This document shows, one piece after another, positions 15,303-25,591 of a DNA stretch of 33,706 bases. The stretch is from Deltaproteobacteria bacterium (GTDB lineage Bacteria > Desulfobacterota > Binatia > UBA9968). Location: positions 1 through 33,706 of the forward strand of contig JACPFH010000074.1 in NCBI GenBank assembly GCA_016183075.1. The letters run 5' to 3'. The translations under genes were made by a program, and so were the position numbers. The notes beneath the pieces are model-generated. The model saw nothing but the letters and a program-made list of their open reading frames with translations, had not been told where the DNA came from and did no database searches. Every line of letters begins with the position of its first letter. Position 1 is the stretch's first letter.

Positions 15303-16417
15303 GCATCTTCGCTAGAGTGCCGGAATACATTCGCTCGCTGATTCCCTATGCGCCTGGAAAACCCGTAGAGGAAGTCGAACGCGAGTACGGAATCGCCGGC
15401 TCGGTGAAGCTCGCCTCGAACGAAAATCCTCTTGGACCATCTCCCAGGGCCGTAAAGGCTCTGCGGGATAGACTCCATGAGCTGCACCTTTATCCCGACG
15501 GCGATTGCTTTTATTTGAAACGGGGATTGGCGAAGCAATTGGGCGTCGCTGCGGAGCGGCTCATTTTCGGCAACGGCTCCAACGAGCTTATCGAGCTGGC
15601 TGTGCGCACCTTCATGAGGGCCGGTGACGAGGCCGTCATGGCCCGGCAGGCCTTCGTCGTCTACCGGTTGGTCGTTCAGGCGGCTGGAGGTCGGCCGGTT
15701 GTGGTTCCGCTCAAAGACTTCACGCACGACCTGGAGGCGATGGCGGGCGCGATCACGCCCCGTACCCGGATCGTCTTTCTGGCCAACCCCAATAATCCTA
15801 CGGGAACGATCTTCCGGCGCGCGGCCTGGGAGCGATTTCTCGAGCGGGTCGGCCCGGATCTGTTGGTGATCGTGGATGAGGCCTACTTCGAGTACGTCTC
15901 TGACCCCGAATATCCCGATTCTCTGGACTACCACGCAAAAGGAAAGCACATTCTCACGCTTCGTACCTTTTCGAAGCTCTACGGCCTTGCCGGACTGCGA
16001 ATCGGGTACGGTGTGGGGAGCGAGGAGATGGTGGACCTCATGCATCGGGTGCGCCAGCCCTTCAACGTCAACGCGCCCGCCCAATGGGCGGCATTGGCGG
16101 CTCTGGCGGACCGGGAGCATGTGGATCGGACTTTAGCGGTCAACCGGGAAGGCATGCGTTACCTCGAGCGAGAGTTCAGCCGCCTGGGTCTGGATCATGT
16201 TCCGAGCCGGGCAAATTTCATTCTTGTGCGCGTCGGAAATGGTCAGGCTGTATTCGAGGAGCTGCTCCCGCGCGGGGTTATCGTCCGGCCCATGGGCGTC
16301 TATGATTTTCCCGAGCACGTCCGGGTTACCATTGGAACAATGGCAGAGAACAATCGGCTTATCAAAGAGTTAGAAGCTATAGTTAAACCTGTTCATAGAT
16401 CCGCGGAGGCGCGATGA
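15299..16417 (+). CDS. hisC: histidinol-phosphate / aromatic aminotransferase (class II PLP)
   Basis: [14 protein letters not shown] and the PLP-lysine context [15 protein letters not shown]. The ATG overlaps the pheA stop (ATGA). Confidence 0.9.
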   Translation: MSIFARVPEYIRSLIPYAPGKPVEEVEREYGIAGSVKLASNENPLGPSPRAVKALRDRLHELHLYPDGDCFYLKRGLAKQLGVAAERLIFGNGSNELIELAVRTFMRAGDEAVMARQAFVVYRLVVQAAGGRPVVVPLKDFTHDLEAMAGAITPRTRIVFLANPNNPTGTIFRRAAWERFLERVGPDLLVIVDEAYFEYVSDPEYPDSLDYHAKGKHILTLRTFSKLYGLAGLRIGYGVGSEEMVDLMHRVRQPFNVNAPAQWAALAALADREHVDRTLAVNREGMRYLEREFSRLGLDHVPSRANFILVRVGNGQAVFEELLPRGVIVRPMGVYDFPEHVRVTIGTMAENNRLIKELEAIVKPVHRSAEAR

Positions 16418-17427
16418 TTGTAGTATTGAAGCCGGGATTGCCCCAAGAAGATATCCAGAAAGTAGTCGAGAGGATCGAAAGCCTTGGTCTCAAGGCTCAC
16501 ATCTCGGTGGGCAAAGAAAGGACCATTGTCGGCGCAATCGGTGATGAGCGGCTTCTGGCCGACCAGACGCTGGAATCGTTTCCGGGAGTCGAGAAGGTGC
16601 TCCCGATCCTCAAGCCGTATAAGCTCGTTAGTCGAGAATTTCAAAAGGAAGACACCGTCATCGAGGTCAATGGCCACAAGATCGGCGGCAAGAAAATTCA
16701 TGTCATGGCAGGTCCGTGCTCCGTGGAATCGCGCGAGCAGGTGCAGGAAACCGCGCTCTCGGTGAGAGAAGCCGGGGCGACTTTCCTGCGCGGAGGGGCG
16801 TTCAAACCCCGGACCTCGCCCTACACCTTTCAGGGGCTCGGCGAAGAAGGCCTCAACTATCTCGCCCGCGCCCGCGAGACCACCGGCCTTGCGGTGATCA
16901 CCGAAGTGCTTGACCCGCGCGACCTGAACCTGGTTTACCGCTATACCGACGTCCTCCAGATCGGGGCGCGGAACATGCAGAACCTCAAACTCTTGACCGA
17001 GGTCGGCAAAGTCGATAAGCCGGTCATGCTCAAGCGTGGGATCAGCGCGACGATCCAGGAGTTCCTGCTGTCGGCGGAGTATATCGCCTCGGCGGGCAAC
17101 CGAAAGATCATCCTGTGCGAGCGGGGCATTCGCACCTATGAAACCGAGACGAGAAACACCATGGATTTGAGCGCCGTGCCGTTGCTCAAGCAGCTCTCCC
17201 ATCTCCCGGTATTCGTCGATCCCAGCCACGGCACGGGTAGGTGGGATCTGGTGACGCCCATGGCCCTGGCGGCAGTCGCCGCGGGCGCGGACGGTCTGCT
17301 GATCGAGGTGCACCCGCATCCCGAGGTCGCCCTGAGCGATGGTCCGCAATCGCTCAAGCCCGAGAAATTTGCCGCGCTCATGGCGCAGCTTAGAAAAGTG
17401 GCCGCGGCGCTGGGGAGGGAAGTGTAG
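16414..17427 (+). CDS. aroF: 3-deoxy-7-phosphoheptulonate (DAHP) synthase, type I-beta with N-terminal ferredoxin-like regulatory domain
   Basis: 337 aa. MIVVLKPG... regulatory domain, then [20 protein letters not shown]. The ATG overlaps the hisC stop (ATGA). Confidence 0.9.
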   Translation: MIVVLKPGLPQEDIQKVVERIESLGLKAHISVGKERTIVGAIGDERLLADQTLESFPGVEKVLPILKPYKLVSREFQKEDTVIEVNGHKIGGKKIHVMAGPCSVESREQVQETALSVREAGATFLRGGAFKPRTSPYTFQGLGEEGLNYLARARETTGLAVITEVLDPRDLNLVYRYTDVLQIGARNMQNLKLLTEVGKVDKPVMLKRGISATIQEFLLSAEYIASAGNRKIILCERGIRTYETETRNTMDLSAVPLLKQLSHLPVFVDPSHGTGRWDLVTPMALAAVAAGADGLLIEVHPHPEVALSDGPQSLKPEKFAALMAQLRKVAAALGREV

Positions 17428-18293
17428 TGGGGTTTGCGTTCCGCAGGATGGTGGTGGCGGGGGTGGGGTTGATCGGCGGCTCGTTGGCGCTGGCGGCTCG
17501 TCAGCGCAAGCTGGTTGAAGAAGTCATCGGGTTCGGTCGCGGGGAGCGAAATCTTCGGGTGGCGCTGAAAGAAGGAATGATCGACCGCTATTTTTTGCGC
17601 GAGGAGGAGCTGCCTCGCGGCGTCGATCTCTTGGTCTTGGCTACTCCGGTTCAGGCGGTCGTCCCGCTTGCGGAGAATTTTCTTCCGGGTCTGGAATCGG
17701 GGTGCCTTGTGAGCGATGTCGGCAGCGTGAAGGGAAGGATTGTGCGGGACATGGAAAAGCTCCTTCCCAAAAGGATACCTTTTGTGGGAGCCCATCCGAT
17801 TGCCGGAAGCGAACAGTGGGGAGCCGCGGCCGCGGTCGCCGGTCTCTTTTCCGGGCAGCGCTGCATCGTGACTCCGACCCGGAATACGGACCCAGGGGCC
17901 CTTAAGCGGATTATCTCGCTCTGGCGGCGTGTAGGCGCCAGAGTGGAGGCGATGGATCCCGAGATCCACGACCGCATCCTTGCGGTGGTGAGCCACCTAC
18001 CGCACGTCCTCGCCTATGCGATGGTGAACACGCTCGGCCGTAGCGCCGTGGATTCGGTCGATCCGATCCATTATTGTGGCGGCGGCTTTCGGGACTTTAC
18101 GCGCATCGCCGCAAGCCGGCCGGAGCTCTGGCGGGACATATGTCTGGCGAATCGACGCGCCATCGGAAAGCGCTTGACGGAGTATATCAAGGAGCTCGAT
18201 CGGCTTAAGCGATGGATTCGGGAAGGCAGGGGCGATCGGCTGGAGAGGGACTTCACGCGCGCCAACGAAATCAGAAGGCAGATGGCTTCCTAG
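17427..18293 (+). CDS. tyrA: prephenate (or arogenate) dehydrogenase
   Basis: Rossmann motif [14 protein letters not shown] and GAHPIAGSE. The GTG start overlaps the aroF stop by 1 nt. Confidence 0.87.
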   Translation: MGFAFRRMVVAGVGLIGGSLALAARQRKLVEEVIGFGRGERNLRVALKEGMIDRYFLREEELPRGVDLLVLATPVQAVVPLAENFLPGLESGCLVSDVGSVKGRIVRDMEKLLPKRIPFVGAHPIAGSEQWGAAAAVAGLFSGQRCIVTPTRNTDPGALKRIISLWRRVGARVEAMDPEIHDRILAVVSHLPHVLAYAMVNTLGRSAVDSVDPIHYCGGGFRDFTRIAASRPELWRDICLANRRAIGKRLTEYIKELDRLKRWIREGRGDRLERDFTRANEIRRQMAS

Positions 18294-18298
18294 GCTCG

Positions 18299-19585
18299 AT
18301 GAGAACGGTCGAAGCAATCACACGCCCGCTCACGGGAGAATTGTCGGTACCCGGGGACAAGTCCATCGGCCATCGGGCGGTGATTTTTTCCGCCGTCGCC
18401 CGGGGCCGAAGCCGGGTGCTCAACCTTTGCGCAGGCGAAGACAACCTCAGGACGGTCCATGCGTTCAAGGATCTGGGCGTCGCCATCCGCCAGGAGAGGG
18501 AAGGGCTGCACATCGAGGGGAAGGGTTGGGATGGTCTTCATGCCCCGGGGGGCATGATCGATTGTGGCAATTCCGGGACGACGATGCGGCTGCTTTCGGG
18601 GGTGCTCGCGGGGCGGCCGTTTACCGCGACCTTGGACGGCGATCCATCCCTTCGGCGCCGCCCGATGCAGAGGATCATCGATCCGCTCGGCCGCATGGGA
18701 GCCCGGATCTCGAGCCGCAATGGCAAGGGCCTGGCCCCGCTCGAGATTCACGGCGCCAATCTTCGAGGCATCCGTTACGCCTCTCTGGTCGCCAGCGCCC
18801 AGGTCAAATCGGCTATTATTTTGGCCGGCCTTCAGGCCGAAGGGACAACGGTATTCGAGGAGCCACAGCGAACGCGGGATCACACCGAGATCATGGCGCG
18901 CGCGTTTGGAGCCGACCTGACCGTGAAAGGGAACACGGTCACGCTCGCGGGACGACAGGAATTATCCGCCCGTGACCTGCGGGTTCCCGGCGATCTCTCA
19001 TCAGCGGCGTTTTTTGTGGTCGCGGCTGCGGTTGTCCCGGGCTCGGATTTGATCGTGCGCGACATGGGGTGCAATCCGACAAGGAGCGGGGTTCTGGACG
19101 TGTTGGGCCGGATGGGAGCCAGGATAGAGATTTTGAGTCCCAGGGAAGAGGGCGGCGAGCCGGTCGCGGACTTGCGTGTTCGCGGGGGGAGGCTGAATGG
19201 AGTTGACATTGGTCCCGAGATGGTCGCGCGCACGATCGATGAGTATCCGATCCTTGCCGTGGCCGCCGCGCTGGCGCAGGGGGTGACGACGATCTCGGGA
19301 GCCCGCGAGCTGAGGAATAAGGAATCCGACCGGATCGCCACGATGGCGAGCGAGCTGCGCAAGCTCGGCGTGGAGGTGGAGGAGCGGGAAGACGGCATGA
19401 CGATTGTGGGGCAGGAGCGACTTAAAGGCGCCGCGGTGAATACTTACGGCGACCACCGGGTCGCTATGGCGCTTGCCGTGGCCGGGCTGCGCGCGGACGG
19501 AGGGGTCGGGATCGATGACAGCGCGTGCGCGGACGTTTCGTTCCCCGGTTTCTTTGAGCGTATTGAGCGGCTTCGGGGATCATAG
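18299..19585 (+). CDS. aroA: 3-phosphoshikimate 1-carboxyvinyltransferase (EPSP synthase)
   Basis: LSVPGDKSIGHRA, CGNSGTTMRLL, LRNKESDRI. The start is placed at ATG 18299, 6 nt after the tyrA stop. The ORF-track start at 18212 lies inside tyrA. Confidence 0.94.
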   Translation: MRTVEAITRPLTGELSVPGDKSIGHRAVIFSAVARGRSRVLNLCAGEDNLRTVHAFKDLGVAIRQEREGLHIEGKGWDGLHAPGGMIDCGNSGTTMRLLSGVLAGRPFTATLDGDPSLRRRPMQRIIDPLGRMGARISSRNGKGLAPLEIHGANLRGIRYASLVASAQVKSAIILAGLQAEGTTVFEEPQRTRDHTEIMARAFGADLTVKGNTVTLAGRQELSARDLRVPGDLSSAAFFVVAAAVVPGSDLIVRDMGCNPTRSGVLDVLGRMGARIEILSPREEGGEPVADLRVRGGRLNGVDIGPEMVARTIDEYPILAVAAALAQGVTTISGARELRNKESDRIATMASELRKLGVEVEEREDGMTIVGQERLKGAAVNTYGDHRVAMALAVAGLRADGGVGIDDSACADVSFPGFFERIERLRGS

Positions 19586-19625
19586 CGATCCGGGCTCAGG
19601 ATCGCGGGCACTGGCAGGTGGGCAG

Positions 19626-20306
19626 GTGCGGGGACTGGTCATTGCGATTGACGGACCGGCAGGAGCGGGAAAAAGCACGTTGGCAAAACGGTTGGCAAAG
19701 GAGCTCGGTTACATGTACCTCGACACCGGCGCGATGTATCGGGCGCTGGCATGGAAGGTGGTTCTAGAGGGAATCGATCCGAAGGACGAAAGCGAGCTTA
19801 CGAGGGTTCTGGCGCTGACCAGGATCGAGCTCGTCGAACGGGACGGAGAGCTCCGGGTGCTCCTGGACGGGGAGGATGTGACCGGTCGGATTCGCACCCC
19901 GGAGGTCAGCCAAATGGCGTCGAAAGTTTCCACCTCGAAGGTGGTTCGCGACGCGATGGCGGAGCTGCAGAGGGCCATGGGCCTGCGGGGTAGAGTGGTG
20001 GCGGAGGGACGAGACATCGGCACCGTTGTATCTCCCGAAGCGGATGTCAAAATCTATCTTGACGCCTCGCCCGAAGAGCGGGCGCGGCGACGCTTCGAGG
20101 AGTTGAAGGGTCTCGGCAAGCAAGTGACGCTGGAGGAGACGCTGGCCGAGATCAATGAAAGGGACCGGCGCGACCAAGAGCGCGCCGTAGCGCCTCTGCG
20201 CAAGGCTGAAGACGCGTTGGTGATCGATTCTTCCCGCCTGAGCGCCGGGGCCGTAGCGGAGCGAGTCATGCGCGAAATCAAGCTTAGAATAGCAGTAATT
20301 CAATGA
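19626..20306 (+). CDS. cmk: (d)CMP kinase
   Basis: IAIDGPAGAGKSTLAKRLA and LDTGAMYRA. The start is placed at GTG 19626, after the aroA stop at 19585. Confidence 0.92.
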   Translation: MRGLVIAIDGPAGAGKSTLAKRLAKELGYMYLDTGAMYRALAWKVVLEGIDPKDESELTRVLALTRIELVERDGELRVLLDGEDVTGRIRTPEVSQMASKVSTSKVVRDAMAELQRAMGLRGRVVAEGRDIGTVVSPEADVKIYLDASPEERARRRFEELKGLGKQVTLEETLAEINERDRRDQERAVAPLRKAEDALVIDSSRLSAGAVAERVMREIKLRIAVIQ

Positions 20307-20323
20307 GATGGGAGGGCTATTTC

Positions 20324-22078
20324 ATGGCCCAGGAAGAACAAGACAAAAAACCCGGCAGCGCCCCCGGCGGTGAGGATTTTGAGCGGCTCTTCGAAGAGAG
20401 CATGCGCACCGTAAAACCGGGCGGCGTGGTCAAAGGCAAGGTCGTGGGGGTGACCCCCACTCATGTCATGATCGACGTCGGGTATAAGACCGAGGGGCAG
20501 ATTCCGATCGCGGAATTTTTGGATCGTCACGGTAAGGTCCAGGTTCAAGAGGGGGATGAAATCGACGTATACTTTGCTTCTTCGGAAGGCGAGAACGGGG
20601 GTATCGTTCTTTCCCGCCAACGCGCGGAGAACATAAAGGTCTGGGAGGAAATCGAGCGGGCCTACAACGAGGGTTCGGGCGTCGAGGGCGTGGTCGTCGC
20701 GAAGGTCAAGGGAGGATTCAAGGTGGACGTGGGGGTGAACGGTTTTCTGCCTGGCTCTCACGTCGACGTGCGACCGTCGCGCAATCCCGATAGGTATTTG
20801 GGCTTGAAGGACAGGTTTGCCGTTCTCAAGTACAACCGCCCGCGCGGCAACGTGGTGCTCTCGCGCCGCATGCTGTTGGAGAAAGAACGCGATGCGCTGA
20901 AGAAAGAGGTGCTCAAGGTTTTGGAGGAGGGCGTCATCCTGGAGGGCGCGGTAAAAAACATCACCGGGTACGGAGCCTTTGTCGACCTGGGGGGTATTGA
21001 CGGTATCCTGCACATCAGCGACATTTCCTGGGGGCGGATCAATCATCCCTCGGAGGTTATCAAGGTCGGCGAGCACATCAAAGTCGTCGTCCTCAAGTTC
21101 GATCCGGAGCGGGAGCGGATCTCGCTCGGAATGAAGCAGCTCCTACCCGATCCCTGGAATTCGGTCGAGGAGAATTATCCGGTCGGGTCTCGGGTGCGCG
21201 GCAAGGTGTTGAGCCTGACCGACTACGGCGCTTTCGTTGAGCTGGAGAAGGGGGTTGAAGGTTTGATTCACGTTTCCGAGATGTCGTGGACCAAGAAGGT
21301 TCCCCATCCTTCCAAGGTGCTGCAGGCCGGGGAAGTCGTCGAAGTCGCCGTGCTCAACGTGGATTCGGCTCATCGGCGCATCTCGTTGGGGCTAAAGCAG
21401 GTCCTGCCCAATCCTTGGGAGGAACTCAAACAGCAGTATCCGGCGGGCAGTGTCGTCAAAGGTCCGGTGCGCAACATCACCGATTTTGGCATCTTCGTGG
21501 GGGTTGCTGAGGGAATCGATGGCCTGGTCCATATCTCGGACCTCCATTGGACGAAGAAGATCAAGCATCCGTCGGAGCTCTACAAGAAAGGAGACATCGT
21601 GGAGGCCAGGGTTTTGGGCGTGGACGTGCGCAACGAGCGTCTCTCGTTGGGGATCAAGCAGCTCGCCACCGATCCGTGGCAGACCATCGCCGAGCGCTAT
21701 CCCGTGGGTTCCCGGGTCAAGGGGGAGGTGACCAGCGTGCCCGATTTCGGCGTATTCGTGCGCCTCCAAGAGGGCATCGAAGGGCTGATTCATGTATCGC
21801 AGCTGAGCACGGAGCGCGTCGACAAGCCCGCGAGTCTCTTCAAGGTCGGCGATCAAGTCGAGGCGGAGGTCATCCACGTGGTCCCGCAGGAACGTAAGAT
21901 CGGCCTGAGCGTCCGGGCGCTCAAAAAGAGCGAAGAGCGCCGGGAGATGGAAGCCTATCTCAAGAGGGAGAAGGAAGGCGGGAGGTTCTCTTTTGAATCG
22001 ATCCTGAACGAGGAGCTGAGGCTTGACCGGGATGAGGAAACCCGGCCGGCTCCCAAGAGAAAAGGGGGCAACGCGTAG
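20324..22078 (+). CDS. rpsA: 30S ribosomal protein S1
   Basis: Six S1/OB repeats (e.g. GKVLSLTDYGAFVELEKGVEGLIHVSEMSW). ATG 20324 is preceded by GGGAGGG at 20311-20317. ATG 20303 is the alternative. Confidence 0.94.
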   Translation: MAQEEQDKKPGSAPGGEDFERLFEESMRTVKPGGVVKGKVVGVTPTHVMIDVGYKTEGQIPIAEFLDRHGKVQVQEGDEIDVYFASSEGENGGIVLSRQRAENIKVWEEIERAYNEGSGVEGVVVAKVKGGFKVDVGVNGFLPGSHVDVRPSRNPDRYLGLKDRFAVLKYNRPRGNVVLSRRMLLEKERDALKKEVLKVLEEGVILEGAVKNITGYGAFVDLGGIDGILHISDISWGRINHPSEVIKVGEHIKVVVLKFDPERERISLGMKQLLPDPWNSVEENYPVGSRVRGKVLSLTDYGAFVELEKGVEGLIHVSEMSWTKKVPHPSKVLQAGEVVEVAVLNVDSAHRRISLGLKQVLPNPWEELKQQYPAGSVVKGPVRNITDFGIFVGVAEGIDGLVHISDLHWTKKIKHPSELYKKGDIVEARVLGVDVRNERLSLGIKQLATDPWQTIAERYPVGSRVKGEVTSVPDFGVFVRLQEGIEGLIHVSQLSTERVDKPASLFKVGDQVEAEVIHVVPQERKIGLSVRALKKSEERREMEAYLKREKEGGRFSFESILNEELRLDRDEETRPAPKRKGGNA

Positions 22079-22097
22079 CCCCGGTTTGAGAAGTGCG

Positions 22098-22991
22098 ATG
22101 GTCAGGAAGCTGGTCAAAGGATTGGGCATCCTTTTCGTCTCCGTTGTCCTTTTCTCTTTCGCGCTGTTTTTCTATGCCTACTTGACGGGAGGCGAAATAG
22201 GGGTGCTCAGCCTTATTGGCGGGGAGAGCGTCGGGGTGCTGGAGATTGAGGGCTCGATCGACGGCTCGCGGGAGGCGATCCAGGGTCTGAAGCAATTTGC
22301 CGAAGCCAGAGGCATCAAGGCGGTGGTTGTGCGCATCGATTCTCCGGGGGGCGCGGTGGCGCCGACGCAGGAAATCCACGAGGAGATCGGAAAGGTCCGA
22401 AAGAAAAAGCCGGTCATCGCCTCGCTGGGATCCGTGGCCGCCTCCGGCGGGTACTACATCGCCAGCGCTTGTGACCGTGTGGTGGCCAACCCGGGAACGC
22501 TCACCGGATCGATCGGCGTGATCATGGAGCTGGGCAACGTCGAAGAGCTCATGAAGAAGCTGGGGCTTAAAGGGCAGGCGATCAAAAGCGGCCCGCATAA
22601 AGACGTGGGTTCACCGCTGCGAGCGCTTACCCCGGAGGGTCGCGCCATCTTACAAGGGCTGGTGGATAACGTGCACGGGCAATTCGTCAGCGCGGTGGCG
22701 AAAGGAAGGAAGCTGCCGGAGGCGAAGGTGCGCGAGCTCGCCGATGGCCGGGTCTTTTCCGGAGAACAGGCAAAGCAAATCGGCTTGGTGGACCAGTTGG
22801 GAAACCTTGAAGATGCCATCGATTTGGCCGCGCAGCGGGCCGGAATCGCGGGCACTCCGCAGGTCGTGTACTCTCGCGGCGATTCGAAAAACTGGTGGGA
22901 ACGGTTCCTCTTTTCGATACTGGGAGGGGCGTTCCGCGGACGGGAACGATGGTGGCTTCGCTACGAGTGGTCGCCCGTGCTCATGCAATAG
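22098..22991 (+). CDS. sppA: signal peptide peptidase SppA, 36K type
   Basis: N-terminal TM helix. VVRIDSPGGAV, catalytic Ser context GSVAASGGYYIA, Lys context IKSGPHKD. The start is placed at ATG 22098. Confidence 0.9.
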   Translation: MVRKLVKGLGILFVSVVLFSFALFFYAYLTGGEIGVLSLIGGESVGVLEIEGSIDGSREAIQGLKQFAEARGIKAVVVRIDSPGGAVAPTQEIHEEIGKVRKKKPVIASLGSVAASGGYYIASACDRVVANPGTLTGSIGVIMELGNVEELMKKLGLKGQAIKSGPHKDVGSPLRALTPEGRAILQGLVDNVHGQFVSAVAKGRKLPEAKVRELADGRVFSGEQAKQIGLVDQLGNLEDAIDLAAQRAGIAGTPQVVYSRGDSKNWWERFLFSILGGAFRGRERWWLRYEWSPVLMQ

Positions 22992-23050
22992 CGTGCACAA
23001 CGATCGATAACGAGGCAAGGCAGCTCAGAGATTCTTTCGAGGAGAGGGTT

Positions 23051-23356
23051 ATGACGAAACGAGACTTGATAGATGAGGTCAACAAGAGGTTTCCTCACCT
23101 CTCGCGCCGGGATTCCGAGGTGATCGTCAACTCCATATTCGATTCCATGGTAGGCGCCATGGAGCACGGGGAGAGGATCGAGATTCGGGGCTTCGGAAGT
23201 TTCGTGGTGAAGCACCGCAGGGCGCGCGAAGGGCGAAACCCAAAGAGCGGGGTCATGGTTTCGGTGTCGGCCAAGAGAGTTCCGTTTTTTAAAGTCGGGA
23301 AAGAGCTGCGGTTGAGGGTCGACGGTAAGGGCGCCGGGGGCAAGGAGACCGGGTGA
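23051..23356 (+). CDS. ihfB: integration host factor subunit beta
   Basis: MTKRDLIDEV...GERIEIRGFGSFVVKHRRAREGRNPKSG...VPFFKVGKELR closely parallels E. coli IHF-beta. It follows rpsA, as in many proteobacteria. GGAGAGGG RBS before ATG 23051. Confidence 0.9.
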   Translation: MTKRDLIDEVNKRFPHLSRRDSEVIVNSIFDSMVGAMEHGERIEIRGFGSFVVKHRRAREGRNPKSGVMVSVSAKRVPFFKVGKELRLRVDGKGAGGKETG

Positions 23357-23838
23357 AGCATATTTGGGCTCCCTGGAGAATGAGCTACATCGATGATGAG
23401 ACCAAAGGGGAAGGGTGTATCTTCTGCGACAAGCTGAAAGGAACGGACCGGCGCTCGGATCTGGTGTTGGCTGAGACTCGCCACTCGCTGATCATGTTGA
23501 ACAAGTACCCATACAATAACGGCCATCTCTTGCTTGCGCCGAAGCGGCACGAGAAGCAGCTTTCCGTGTTGCCGGCCGCTGAGTACGGTGACTTGTGCGA
23601 GGCTGTGCGCAAATCAGCGGAGATCATCGTGAACGTGCTTAACCCCGGCGGGATCAATATAGGGATGAATCTCGGACGCTGCGCGGGCGCCGGAGTCGAG
23701 GATCATCTCCATTGGCATGTCGTGCCTCGCTGGGACGGGGATACGAACTTCATGCCCGTGATCGGCGAGGTCCGGGTGATTCCGCAACACCTGTTGGAAA
23801 GCTACGATCGGCTCAGGCCCTACTTTGAGGCGTTTTAA
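23353..23838 (+). CDS. HIT-family nucleotide hydrolase/transferase (Ap4A phosphorylase-like)
   Basis: Histidine triad HLHWHVVPR and an N-terminal CIFC motif. The GTG start overlaps the ihfB stop; AAGGAG lies 5 nt upstream. Confidence 0.85.
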   Translation: MKHIWAPWRMSYIDDETKGEGCIFCDKLKGTDRRSDLVLAETRHSLIMLNKYPYNNGHLLLAPKRHEKQLSVLPAAEYGDLCEAVRKSAEIIVNVLNPGGINIGMNLGRCAGAGVEDHLHWHVVPRWDGDTNFMPVIGEVRVIPQHLLESYDRLRPYFEAF

Positions 23839-23847
23839 TTTGCTAAA

Positions 23848-24168
23848 ATGGTCAAGGTATTGAAGACGATTTTGGTCACGCTTTTGTTTATCGTTGGCAT
23901 TACCTTCTCGATGGAGAACGCCGAGCCGCTGCGCCTGCGCTACTATTTTGGCCTGGAGACCCCGCCGATCCCGCTCTTTTTGCTCGTGCTGTTCGCGGTT
24001 CTCCTGGGTGTCCTGCTCGCGGGGCTGGGCTTTCTGTTTGATCAGTGGTCGTTAAAGAGGATGCTTCGGGAGAAGGACCGCGCGATAGCATCCTTGGAGG
24101 GGGAGATCAAGGCTTACCAGGAAAGGCGAGCGCCAGGCGGCGGTCCGCAGATAAAGGAGCAAACTTAG
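23848..24168 (+). CDS. LapA-family (DUF1049) inner-membrane protein
   Basis: 106 aa with two TM helices (ILVTLLFIVGITF; LFLLVLFAVLLGVLLAGLGFLF). A coiled-coil tail follows (KRMLREKDRAIASLEGEIKAY). Confidence 0.72.
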   Translation: MVKVLKTILVTLLFIVGITFSMENAEPLRLRYYFGLETPPIPLFLLVLFAVLLGVLLAGLGFLFDQWSLKRMLREKDRAIASLEGEIKAYQERRAPGGGPQIKEQT

Positions 24169-24188
24169 TTGCAGGGAGGCATGCGAGC

Positions 24189-25532
24189 GTGAAGGAGGCG
24201 AAAACACTAGGCGAATTAAAAAAGAGCGGTTATCCGGTGCTTTCCGTGCGCGATGAAATGCGCAATAACCTGGTGCAATACCTTGAGAGCGGCACCCGGA
24301 TTTTGCCGGGCATTATCGGCTACGATGACTCGGTGATCCCGGAAATCGAGAACGCGGTCCTGTCAGGTCACCACATGGTCTTTCTCGGGGAACGCGGGCA
24401 GGCGAAGTCCCGCATCATCCGTTGATTGGTCTCTCTGCTCGACTAGCGCATTCCGATCATCCAGGGATGCGAGATCAGTGACAGCCCGTTCAACCCGATC
24501 TGCCGGAAATGCCACCACCGCTACGGCGAGAAACTCGCGACCCCGGACGTGTCGATCGCAGACATCATCGGAGAAATCGATCCGATCAAGGTGGCTGAGG
24601 GGCGATACTTGGCGGACGAGGAGACCATCCATTATGGATTGATCCCCCGAACCAATCGCGGGATCTTTGCGATCAACGAACTTCCCGATCTGACCGAGAA
24701 GGTGCAGGTGGGGCTCTTCAATCTCATGGAAGAGAAAGACGTCCAGATCAAGGGATACAAGATCCGCCTTCCTCTGGATGTTATGATTGTGGCGAGCGCG
24801 AACCCGGAAGATTACACCAGCCGGGGCCGGATCATCACACCTCTCAAGGATCGCTTCGACGTTCAGATCCGCACCCATTATCCGCGGACCCTCCAGGACG
24901 AAATCGCCATCATGGAGCAGGAGGCCGTCTCCTTGGAACAGCGGAGTCTCGCGGTCCGGGTGCCTCAGTTCATGAAGGAGATTATCGCCAACATGACGTT
25001 CGAGGCGCGCAAGTCGAACGAGATCAACCAGTCCTCCGGCGTCAGCGTCCGGGTCACGATCAACAACTACGAGAGCATGATCAGCAACGCGGAGAAACGA
25101 GCGCTCCGGCTGCGGGAGTCGGAGGTCGTTCCGCGCATCAGCGACCTGCACTGTCTGCTGGCTTCGACGAGCGGCAAGATCGAGATGGAGTACATGGGCG
25201 AGGATCGCAAAGAAGACGAGGTCGTGCAGAAGCTGCTAAACCGCGCGATCGTGAAAGTCTTCGACCAGTGTTTTGCCATGACCGGGCTGCAGAAGGTGGT
25301 CGAATATTTCAACTCCGGATGGGGCGTGGAGGTGTCGGACGGTATGCCGTCGAAAGACTATTTGGAGGGGATCAAAGAGATCCCGGGATTGAAGGAAGCG
25401 ATTCGCGCCGTGGGGCCGGTGGAGTCTCCCGCCCTGATGGCCTCGGCCACCGAGTTTATTTTGGAAGGATTGCACCTCCATCAAAAGCTGAACAAAGAAG
25501 TAGAAGGGGGAAGGGTTACCTACGGTAAGTAA
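24189..25532 (+). pseudogene. ChlI/sigma54-activator-like AAA+ ATPase interrupted by two in-frame stop codons
   Basis: One reading frame runs from GTG 24189 (GGGAGG 9 nt upstream) to TAA 25530-25532. It contains Walker A (GERGQAKS) and a Walker-B-like segment (GIFAINELPDL). It also contains LPLDVMIVASANPEDY and ITPLKDRFD. The frame is broken only by TGA 24423-24425 and TAG 24444-24446: ...SRIIR*LVSLLD*RIPIIQGCEISDSPFNPICRKC... Confidence 0.75.
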
Positions 25533-25579
25533 CCCTCACCCCAACCCTCTCCCTCGAAGGGAGAGGGAAGGGAGAGGGT
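25532..25579. repeat. REP-like CCCTCTCCC/GGGAGAGGG hairpin between the ATPase and vWA genes
   Basis: CCCTCTCCC (25545-25553) pairs with GGGAGAGGG (25559-25567) around loop TCGAA. An outer pair ACCCT (25532-25536)/AGGGT (25575-25579) is possible. Confidence 0.6.
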
Positions 25580-25591
25580 GAAGTCTAACCT

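Noticed and set aside
15284-17996. Long antisense ORFs 15284-16120 (278 aa), 16393-17349 (318 aa) and 17136-17996 (286 aa) opposite hisC, aroF and tyrA
   Set aside because: These are shadow ORFs of strongly recognisable sense genes. They have no recognisable motifs and an Arg/Gly/Pro/His-rich composition.
20300-22129. Antisense ORFs 20300-21076 (258 aa) and 21392-22129 (245 aa) opposite rpsA
   Set aside because: rpsA, with six S1 repeats, fully explains the region. The antisense translations are low-complexity.
24423-24425. TGA in the AAA+ ATPase as a selenocysteine codon
   Set aside because: It is followed 18 nt later by an in-frame TAG. It is not at a Cys/redox position, and no SECIS-like hairpin lies downstream. 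A nonsense lesion is the better explanation.
24363-25151. 262-aa antisense ORF opposite the AAA+ ATPase
   Set aside because: The sense frame carries Walker motifs and conserved AAA+ segments. The antisense ORF is a high-GC shadow.
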